DNA of 64,000 bases from Planctomycetota bacterium (GTDB lineage: Bacteria; Planctomycetota; GCA-002687715; CAIWVZ01): NCBI GenBank assembly GCA_044222185.1, contig JBGANV010000001.1, forward strand, positions 2,144,001 through 2,208,000, given 5' to 3'. The notes under the pieces are model-generated. The model saw only the letters and a list, made by a program, of their open reading frames with translations. It was not told the DNA's origin and did no database searches. Numbering within the stretch: position 1 is the first letter of the stretch; each line of letters opens with the position of its first letter. A program made the position numbers and the translations under genes. Shown here one piece after another: positions 56,717-64,000 of this stretch.

Positions 56717-58132
56717 TCAGAATATCAGCTGAAGTTGCAGACGCAGGCGCCACTCGTCGAAGTCGGACGACGACGTCGCTCGGTCGAAGCGGTGATCCTC
56801 GACGCGGCCGAAGTCGAGTTGGAGCTTGTCGGCGTGTCCGTGCCAGTAGTAGCCGACGACGAGGAGGTACTCGCGGAGAGCCGTCGGGAGATTGGACGTG
56901 TTGCTGCCCGCGGCCGAAAGCGCCGCCAGTCCCGCCGTCTCGTAGTCCCAGTCGGCGACGCTGTAGCGAATGCCGACGTCGAGTTTCTCGGGGATCACGC
57001 AGTAGCCGAGCTGCGAGAACCAACCCGTCGTCTCGCGCTCCGTGACGTCGTGGTCGCGGCGATAGTGGAATTCGGTCTGTGAGTAGAAGCCCTCCCAGAT
57101 CATCGTGAGGTCGAGTCCCAGGCGATAGTTGTCCTCGTAGGTCGACAGGCCAGCGTCGGGCGCCGGGAACGACGTGTTGTTCTCCTGGTCGTAGAGCGCA
57201 TTCAGGGCGAACGTCGCCTTGAAGTCGTGGCGCTCCTCTGCCGGACGGAGATCAGCCTCCGAGTACGGGACCATGCCCCACGGGCTGATGGCGACGCGTC
57301 CCATGTACTCCAGACCGTCGTCGTTGTTGAAGGTGTTCTGCGGCTCGCCGTCGTAGACGCCGAGGCCGTACTCGATGAAGTCCGACTTCTCGCCGCCAAA
57401 CTTGCCGAAGATGTACAGCCCCGTCTCGTAGGCCGGCTCGAACACCCCGGCGATGATCGAGCGATCGACGAATTCGAGGACGCCCGACCCGGTCATCTCC
57501 GATGAACGACCGTACGGCGCCTTGAGCTGACCGGCGCCGACGTTGAAGGCGGGATCGAAGTCGTACTCGATGAACGCCGTCCGCAGGTTCGTGAAGCGGT
57601 TCGACGAGGTCGAGCTCCCGGCCGTCACGGGGTCGCCGGCGGCGTCGATTTGAAGCTCGTACTTCAGCTTCGGGTCGAATGCGAACCCGCGGAGCATGAA
57701 GCGGGCCCGCTGGACGGCGAAGTTCTGGAGATCCTGCCCCTGCGGATTGTTGGGCGTCTCCCGCTCGCGGAACTCGTACGTGAAGCGCGTCTGGATTCGT
57801 CCCGTGACGTTGAGGGAGAAGTTCCCGTCTGCCGTCGCGAACGTGAACCCGTTGCCCGGCTTGTACGACGTCTTGGGCGCGTCCTGCACGAGCCGCGACA
57901 CCATGGAGTCGACCTGTCCCTCCACACGCGTCTCGAGGTCGGACTGGGCGCGGATCTCGGCGAAGTCCTTCTTCAGATCCGCGTACTCGGCGTCGGTGAT
58001 GATCCCGCGCCGCTTGAGTATGTCGAGCAGTTTGCCGTCCGCGTCCGCGGGCTCGCCCTGGGCGACGGCCCAGGACGTCACTCCCACGAACGATGCCACC
58101 AAGGCCAGGACGGCGATCCGAGTCTTGAACAT
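56717..58132 (-). CDS. Phosphate-selective porin (OprO/OprP-like)
   Basis: Signal peptide, LLDILKRRGIIT domain, GRIQTRF, RARF, GQLKAP, FVDRS, and C-terminal LQLQLIF. Located in the pho cluster. Confidence 0.83.
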   Translation of the reverse strand: MFKTRIAVLALVASFVGVTSWAVAQGEPADADGKLLDILKRRGIITDAEYADLKKDFAEIRAQSDLETRVEGQVDSMVSRLVQDAPKTSYKPGNGFTFATADGNFSLNVTGRIQTRFTYEFRERETPNNPQGQDLQNFAVQRARFMLRGFAFDPKLKYELQIDAAGDPVTAGSSTSSNRFTNLRTAFIEYDFDPAFNVGAGQLKAPYGRSSEMTGSGVLEFVDRSIIAGVFEPAYETGLYIFGKFGGEKSDFIEYGLGVYDGEPQNTFNNDDGLEYMGRVAISPWGMVPYSEADLRPAEERHDFKATFALNALYDQENNTSFPAPDAGLSTYEDNYRLGLDLTMIWEGFYSQTEFHYRRDHDVTERETTGWFSQLGYCVIPEKLDVGIRYSVADWDYETAGLAALSAAGSNTSNLPTALREYLLVVGYYWHGHADKLQLDFGRVEDHRFDRATSSSDFDEWRLRLQLQLIF

Positions 58133-58203
58133 GAAGCGTCTCCTCGTGACCAACGACGACCGATTCTTCAGTCACCCCCCACGGGCGCGAACCGGCGAGA
58201 AGC

Positions 58204-58270
58204 AGACTAGAGGGCGCCGATGAAGATCCGGTAAACGTCCCGTGAACCCGGCGGCAGTTCGCGCGTGAAG
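58204..58270 (-). promoter_or_regulatory. PHO-box promoter of porin-phoU
   Basis: Minus strand GTTCAC-N5-GTTTAC-N5-CTTCAT-N10-TAGTCT (hexamers at 58242, 58231, 58220; -10 at 58204-58209). An extra CTTCAC lies at 58265. Confidence 0.72.
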
Positions 58271-58281
58271 ATCCGGGGTGG

Positions 58282-60045
58282 TCAGGCGGCGGCCGTCGTC
58301 GCGACGGGGAGCGAGAGCGTGAACGTCGACCCGACGGCCTCCTGGCTCACGACTCTGATGGATCCGCCATGGCGCTCCGCGACGTGCTTCACGATGGCGA
58401 GGCCGAGCCCGGTACCGCCGAGGGCACGCGAGCGCGCCTTGTCGACGCGGTAGAAGCGCTCGAATACGCGCTCGAGTTCCAGGGCGGGAATGCCGATCCC
58501 CGTGTCCTTCACCGAGATCTCGACCCGACCCGCGGCGAGCGCGCAGTCCACCGATATCGATCCGCCCGGCTTCGTGTAATGGATGGCGTTCTCGAGGAGG
58601 TTCACGAGCGCGCGGACCAACAGGTCGTGGTCCCCACGCACGAGCCACTCCCGCGGCGGAACGTCCACGCGAACGTGCAGCCCCTTCTCGCGCGCCTTGT
58701 CACCGCAGACGGCACCGGCCTCGCCGATGACGGCTGCGACGGGGAACGGCTCGGCATCGACCTGGATCCCGCCGGCTTCCACGCGAGAGAGCACGAGCAG
58801 ATCCGTGACGAGGTGGCCGAGGTTCCGGGCGTTGCGCTCGATTTTCGCCAGGAATTCCTGGGCAACCTCGGCGTCCCCGATGGCACCCGCCTGGAGAGTC
58901 TCGACGTACCCCTGGATGCTGGTCAGCGGCGTCTTCATCTCGTGGGAGACGTTGGCGACGAAGTCTCGGCGGATGCCCTCGAGTTTGTGGAGCCGCGTCA
59001 CGTCGCGGAACGACATCACGGTTCCGGCGTAGCCGCCGTCTGCCCCCCGAATGGGTGTGAGGCGGATCTCGAGGTCTCGGCTCGGAGGCGGGTGACTCAA
59101 CGACAGGCTGCCTTCGATCGCGCGCATGTCACGCCGCACCTGCGCCACGAGGTCGGGCACGCTCGCATCGCGCACCACTTCCCAGAACGGCCTGCCGACG
59201 GCACGGCGGTCCGCGTCGAACAGGCGCGCGGCCTCCGTGTTCAGGTGCGTGATCGAGTCGTCGGGCTTGACCGCGATGATGGCGTCCGCCACGGCGTCCA
59301 GAACGCTCGAGAGCTCGCGGCTGCCCGCGTGAAGATCGTCGATCTGTGTTCGAAGTCGTTCAGCCATGCGGTTCATCGCGCGGCCGAGCCGCGCCATCTC
59401 GTCCGAGCCTGTCGCGTCGATCCGCGCCGAGAAGTCTCCGTCCGCGATCCGATCCGCGATCGCCAGCTGTGCATCTACGCGTCGAGTGAGCCGTGACGCA
59501 ACGAAATATCCCAGGACGAGCGCCAGGATGAGCTCGGCGCCCAGGCCGCCGGCGAAGAGACGGTCGAGCATGTCGACCTTGCGCGCGACGCCATCGGCCC
59601 GCGCCGCGGCTCGAACCCACCCATCCCCCGTGCGCGAAACGACGGCGACGTAGAGCAAGTCGTCGCCGACGGACCCCGAATGCCGGAGGCTCCAGCCCGG
59701 TGCGCCGGCGCGCGCCTCCTGGATCTCGGGGCGGTTCGCATGATTCTCGAGGAGGCTCGGATCGCGCTCCGTGTCCGCGATGACGGTGCCATCCGCCGTG
59801 AGGATCGTGATGCGACACTGGGCGACACGACCGAGCTCGCCGACGCGTGCCTGGAGCGAGGCGCGAGACTCGAGGCCTCGGGCGCCGCCTGTGAACGCGT
59901 CGACGCTCTCCGCCGTCGCCGCCAACCGGTCGCGCTGCGAATCCAGCTCGACACGGCGCACCGCCGGCACGAGGACGAACCAGTTGGCCAGCGTGAACAC
60001 CAGCACGAGACCCAGATAGGTGATGAGTAGGCGGGTGCGCAGCAC
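58282..60045 (-). CDS. phoR: Phosphate regulon sensor histidine kinase
   Basis: Two TMs, ENHANRPE periplasmic domain, HAMP, PAS, DFVANVSHEMKTPLT, and FERFYRVDKARSR..GGTGLGL. Confidence 0.92.
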   Translation of the reverse strand: MLRTRLLITYLGLVLVFTLANWFVLVPAVRRVELDSQRDRLAATAESVDAFTGGARGLESRASLQARVGELGRVAQCRITILTADGTVIADTERDPSLLENHANRPEIQEARAGAPGWSLRHSGSVGDDLLYVAVVSRTGDGWVRAAARADGVARKVDMLDRLFAGGLGAELILALVLGYFVASRLTRRVDAQLAIADRIADGDFSARIDATGSDEMARLGRAMNRMAERLRTQIDDLHAGSRELSSVLDAVADAIIAVKPDDSITHLNTEAARLFDADRRAVGRPFWEVVRDASVPDLVAQVRRDMRAIEGSLSLSHPPPSRDLEIRLTPIRGADGGYAGTVMSFRDVTRLHKLEGIRRDFVANVSHEMKTPLTSIQGYVETLQAGAIGDAEVAQEFLAKIERNARNLGHLVTDLLVLSRVEAGGIQVDAEPFPVAAVIGEAGAVCGDKAREKGLHVRVDVPPREWLVRGDHDLLVRALVNLLENAIHYTKPGGSISVDCALAAGRVEISVKDTGIGIPALELERVFERFYRVDKARSRALGGTGLGLAIVKHVAERHGGSIRVVSQEAVGSTFTLSLPVATTAAA

Positions 60046-60110
60046 GAGTCCGAGCTCACGACGGCGTCCATGCGGTGAGTGCGCGCGCGGCCGTCACGCC
60101 GCGACACGCG

Positions 60111-60812
60111 TCAGAGCGAAGACTCGAACTTATATCCGACGCCGCGGACGGTGACGAGATGTTCCGCGCGACGTTCGCCGAGCTTCTTGCGCACGTTCCT
60201 CACGTGGACGTCGATGTTGCGGTCGACGACGATGACGCCGTCTCCGACGACGTGCGGCAGCAATTCCGTTCGAGTGAAGACGCGCCCTTCGTTGCGCATG
60301 AGGAAGTGGAGCAGGCGGAACTCCGCCAACGTGAACTGGACGGACTCGCCATCGACGTTCACGACGTGGCGAACGGGATCCACTTCGATGCCGCCGCGGG
60401 CCACCGGCCGGCGGTCGCTGCGCGCCCCACCGTCAGGGCGCGACCTCCGGAGCACGACCTTCACGCGTGCGAGCAGCTCCTTCACCGAGAACGGCTTCGT
60501 GACGTAGTCGTCGGCCCCCATCCCGAGACCGACGAGCACGTCGGACTCCTCGCCCTTGCTCGTGACCATGATGACGGGGAGATGCTCCGTCCGGGATTCC
60601 GTCCGCAAGCGGCGGCAGACGTCGAGACCATCGATGCCCGGGAGCATCAGGTCGAGGAGCACGAGGTCGTAGGCCTTGGATCGCGCCAGATCCAACCCTC
60701 TCTCGCCGTCGGATGCCACGTCGACGTCGTAGCCGTCCTTCTTGAGGTTGTAGCGGACGAGATCGGAGATGTCCGTCTCGTCTTCGATGACGAGGATCCG
60801 CTCGCGCTTCAT
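60111..60812 (-). CDS. phoB: Phosphate regulon response regulator (OmpR family)
   Basis: ILVIEDE, LDLMLP, GADDYVTKPFS and winged helix RNIDVHV...TVRGVGY. Adjacent to phoR and phoU. Confidence 0.88.
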   Translation of the reverse strand: MKRERILVIEDETDISDLVRYNLKKDGYDVDVASDGERGLDLARSKAYDLVLLDLMLPGIDGLDVCRRLRTESRTEHLPVIMVTSKGEESDVLVGLGMGADDYVTKPFSVKELLARVKVVLRRSRPDGGARSDRRPVARGGIEVDPVRHVVNVDGESVQFTLAEFRLLHFLMRNEGRVFTRTELLPHVVGDGVIVVDRNIDVHVRNVRKKLGERRAEHLVTVRGVGYKFESSL

Positions 60813-60953
60813 CGTTCGCCTTTCCACCGGGTGCGCGGGTCCGTGGGACGATGGCGAGATCGGCGACGGCCGGTGGACCACACCGATGGGCGCATCCGCA
60901 CGTCTGCCGGAGTCATCACGCTGGCTGCTCGTTCGAGGGTTCATCCGGAGGCG

Positions 60954-60986
60954 AGACTAGCCCCCGCAAATCAAGGAATGGTAAAG
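60954..60986 (-). promoter_or_regulatory. PHO-box promoter of phoB-phoR
   Basis: Minus strand CTTTAC-N5-CTTGAT-N10-TAGTCT, with the same geometry and -10 hexamer as at 58204. Confidence 0.68.
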
Positions 60987-61120
60987 ACGAGTTCGGTCGC
61001 GCATCAAACGTCGGGCTGAAAACGGAGCAGCCTGCGCGGCATTCCGAGAACCGCTGGCAGGCGCGCTGCCACCGTGCGCCGCGGCGCGCAGGGCTCGCAC
61101 GCCGACGTGGTGAGTCCGAA

Positions 61121-61870
61121 TCACGGACTTCGGCGGCTCGCCGCACCCCGCGAATCCGGGGCCGCAGAGTGAGCCCACGCGAGGTCGGACTCGAAGCCCG
61201 CCGGAAGCTCGCCCCGCGCCGCCAGGTCGTCGAGAACGGTGCGTGCCGTGCCGGGCGACTTCAGCAGGCGCCAGCTCAGGACGAGGGCGTGAAGCACGTC
61301 GGCCGACCCGGGCGCCTCCTCCCATGCCCGCTCGAGCATGGGCTCTGCGATCTCGGGCTGGGCCGCCACGAGGTGCGCCAGGCCCTGGTGGTAGGTGAGG
61401 CGTGGCAGGCTCGGGTCGAGTCGCCGGGCCCGGTTGAACATGGATGCGGCGACGAGCGCCTGTCCGCGTCCCTTGCGTCCGAGCGCCTGCGCCAGCATCA
61501 GCGCCGTCCGGCCGAGGAGGTCGGCGGAGGCCCCGGATCCGAAGTCGTAGCGCAGCGCCTGGGACATGGCCGCCTCCGCAGTCTCCAGGTCCCCGAGAGC
61601 GATGGATGCGCGCGCCACGCCGATCCAGGCGAGGAACGGCCGCTCCTCCCCCCGCATCGCCTCGTAGAAGAGGGCCCGGGCCTCGTCGGCTCGGCCTTCG
61701 TTCAGCGATCGCTCGCCGTTGGCTGCGAGGCCGGACGGGTCGGGCAAGCCCTTGGGTGCCGACGCGCACCCGCAACAGAGGAAGATCGCGACCGCCGCCA
61801 ACAGGCGCACCGGCCCGGGAATGCCCCTCCGTTCCGGCGAGGGGTCGTCAAGGACGGTCGGAGGATTCAT
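61121..61870 (-). CDS. TPR-containing putative lipoprotein
   Basis: Hydrophobic LLAAVAIFLCCGC lipobox-like segment followed by TPR-like helices. Confidence 0.65.
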   Translation of the reverse strand: MNPPTVLDDPSPERRGIPGPVRLLAAVAIFLCCGCASAPKGLPDPSGLAANGERSLNEGRADEARALFYEAMRGEERPFLAWIGVARASIALGDLETAEAAMSQALRYDFGSGASADLLGRTALMLAQALGRKGRGQALVAASMFNRARRLDPSLPRLTYHQGLAHLVAAQPEIAEPMLERAWEEAPGSADVLHALVLSWRLLKSPGTARTVLDDLAARGELPAGFESDLAWAHSAAPDSRGAASRRSP

Positions 61871-61915
61871 CGAGAGATCGTTAGACTCCCCGACCTCGAC
61901 GAAAGATGGAGCGGC

Positions 61916-64000
61916 ATGGAGACTCATGATCACGGCTGCGCTCGCCATTGGCAAGCGCGCGGACCCTTCGCACTCAATGGAACGACCCAACGTCACGCGC
62001 GCAGCCGCGTGCTCGACGTCACGCACATCCGGCTCGAAATTGCAGTCGACCTGGAGGAGCGGACGATCTCGGGTTCCGTCGAGCACACCGCGGAGGTCCT
62101 GCCCGATCAGCTCGAGGCATTCTCCCTCGACGCCGTCGGACTGACGATCGAGGACGTCACCATCGACGGGAAGACCACCGCGTTCGCCCATGACGGAGAG
62201 AACGTGCTGATCCGGCTCGCGTCAACGCTGACGCGCGGAACGAAGACGAAGATCGGGATTCGGTATCGCGGCTCACCGCAGCGCGGTCTCTACTTCGTGG
62301 GCCCCGACGAGGCCTACCCCTCGAAACCCAAGCAGGCCTGGACCCAGGGCCAGGACGAGGACGCCCGATACTGGTTCCCCTGCTACGACTACCCGAACCA
62401 GAAGTCGACGTCGGAGCTGCGGGTCACGGTGGCGCGTGGCCTGGACGCCGTCTCGAACGGGAAGCTGCTCGAGCGCGCCGAAGGCCCATCGACGATCACG
62501 TTCCACTGGCTGCAGGAGGTGCCGCACGTCACGTACCTCGTGTCGTTGGTGGTCGGCCGCTTCGACGTGGTCGAAGACGCCTCTGGGCCAGTCCCCCTGC
62601 GCTATCTCGTGCCAGAAGGTCGGCGCGGCGATGCCGTCCGGACGTTCGGTCGAACGGCCGCGATGATGCGCCGTTTCGCCGAGCTGGTCGGGCACCCGTA
62701 CCCGTTCGTGAAGTACGACCAGACCGTCGTCAGCGACTTCATCTTCGGAGGGATGGAGAACAGCTCGGCGACGACGCTCTTCGAGTACACGATGCTCGAT
62801 GCGAGCGTCGAGGGCATCATCGACCGCGACGACCTCGTCGCACACGAGCTCGCACACCAGTGGTTCGGCGACCTGGTCACGTGCCGTGACTGGTCCGAGG
62901 CGTGGCTCAACGAAGGCTTCGCGACGTATTTCGAGTGCCTCTGGTACGAACACGGCGACTCGCCTGAGCGCGGGCGCTACCACCTCTTAGAGGCGGCGCG
63001 CCGTTACTTCCAGGAGGACACCCAGGACTACCGCCGGCCCATCGTCTGCCGGACCTACGACGCGCCCACGGACCTCTTCGATCGCCATCTCTACGAGAAG
63101 GGCGCCTGCGTCCTTCACCATCTCCGACTCGAGCTCGGAAACGACGTCTTCTTCCGCGCTCTGCGCCGGTACGTGGCGTCTCACGCGCGCGGTCACGCAC
63201 AGACCGTGGACCTGCGACGCGCGATCGAGCAGGAGACCGGCCGGAACCTCGACGCGTTCTTCGACCAGTGGGTCCAGAAGGGCGGCCATCCCGACTTGGA
63301 GATCACGTCCGAATACGAACCGGCGTCGCGGCGGCTGACGCTCCGCGTGAAACAGCGACAGAAGGTCGACGCCGAGACCCCCCTGTTCGAATTCGACCTG
63401 CCGTGCCGCGTCTGGCACGCGGGTGGCCGCGGAAAGTTCGTCGATCGCACGTTCCGGGTCACGGGCGCCGAGCACAAATTCGACTGGGAGCTACCGGGCG
63501 ATCCGCGCGGGGTCCGGGTCAATCACGGCGGAGGTCCCCTCGTCCGAACGGATTTCGATCGGACGGACGGGTGGCTCACCACGCAGCTCAACGAGGACGA
63601 CGATCTGGTGGGGCGGATCGAGGCGGCAGATGCGCTTGCACGGTCGGCCTCGACGACCGCCGTGACGGCGCTCACACGAGCGCTGGCGAAGGAATCGCTC
63701 TGGATGGTCCGCTGCGAGATCGCCCGGGCTCTCGGCGTCATCGGGTCGCCGGCGGCGCGCGATGCGCTGATCGCCGCACTCACGCAACGTGACGCACGCG
63801 TACGTAGCGCGGTCGCGCACGCGCTCGGGATCCGCCACGACGCGGACGCAGCGCAGGCGCTCCGTCGCCAACTTCAGTCCGAGAAGACGACCTGGGTACG
63901 CGCCGCCGCCTACCGCGCACTGGGGCGGACACGCGCGGCGTTCGCGCGCGAGTTCCTCGCACAGGGGCTCGACGAGCGTGGGACCTGGAACGACATCGTT
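61916..64000 (+). CDS. M1-family Zn aminopeptidase with C-terminal HEAT repeats (runs off window end)
   Basis: Open frame from ATG 61916: WTQGQ..ARYWFPC, GGMEN, HELAHQW, NEGFA and YEKG. Absent from the ORF track because there is no stop in the window. Confidence 0.93.
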   Translation, partial: METHDHGCARHWQARGPFALNGTTQRHARSRVLDVTHIRLEIAVDLEERTISGSVEHTAEVLPDQLEAFSLDAVGLTIEDVTIDGKTTAFAHDGENVLIRLASTLTRGTKTKIGIRYRGSPQRGLYFVGPDEAYPSKPKQAWTQGQDEDARYWFPCYDYPNQKSTSELRVTVARGLDAVSNGKLLERAEGPSTITFHWLQEVPHVTYLVSLVVGRFDVVEDASGPVPLRYLVPEGRRGDAVRTFGRTAAMMRRFAELVGHPYPFVKYDQTVVSDFIFGGMENSSATTLFEYTMLDASVEGIIDRDDLVAHELAHQWFGDLVTCRDWSEAWLNEGFATYFECLWYEHGDSPERGRYHLLEAARRYFQEDTQDYRRPIVCRTYDAPTDLFDRHLYEKGACVLHHLRLELGNDVFFRALRRYVASHARGHAQTVDLRRAIEQETGRNLDAFFDQWVQKGGHPDLEITSEYEPASRRLTLRVKQRQKVDAETPLFEFDLPCRVWHAGGRGKFVDRTFRVTGAEHKFDWELPGDPRGVRVNHGGGPLVRTDFDRTDGWLTTQLNEDDDLVGRIEAADALARSASTTAVTALTRALAKESLWMVRCEIARALGVIGSPAARDALIAALTQRDARVRSAVAHALGIRHDADAAQALRRQLQSEKTTWVRAAAYRALGRTRAAFAREFLAQGLDERGTWNDIV

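Overview
This is a high-GC bacterial chromosomal window. The gene content (HEAT-repeat proteins with WxxWW motifs, Ser/Thr kinase-SUMF1 fusion, DUF3857/TPR proteins) suggests Planctomycetota, which is an inference. From left to right it holds: the 5' end of a divergent ribulokinase gene; a 163-bp tandem array of REP-like hairpins; an arabinoside-utilisation cluster (GH127/146 enzyme, a GH127+CBM+GH51 fusion, a sugar-binding lipoprotein); a P-type ATPase and a PLP trans-sulfuration enzyme; tRNA-Ala(CGC); a DcaP-like porin with a transglutaminase lipoprotein; purF; a DUF3857-transglutaminase pair; two HEAT-like proteins; a kinase; GH3; a lipA/2-oxoacid dehydrogenase/lipB/acyl-CoA dehydrogenase cluster; MBOAT; a DNA glycosylase; a histone-H1-like protein; an Fe-S PD-(D/E)XK nuclease; phoB-phoR-porin-phoU; and a truncated M1 aminopeptidase. 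The top finding is a gene at 35284-36015 that the ORF track splits. It encodes a secreted protein with an in-frame Cys-UGA followed by a SECIS-like stem-loop, making it a candidate new selenoprotein. Also notable are two matching PHO-box promoters and the alpha/beta-arabinofuranosidase fusion. All calls come from reading motifs by eye; no database searches were run.
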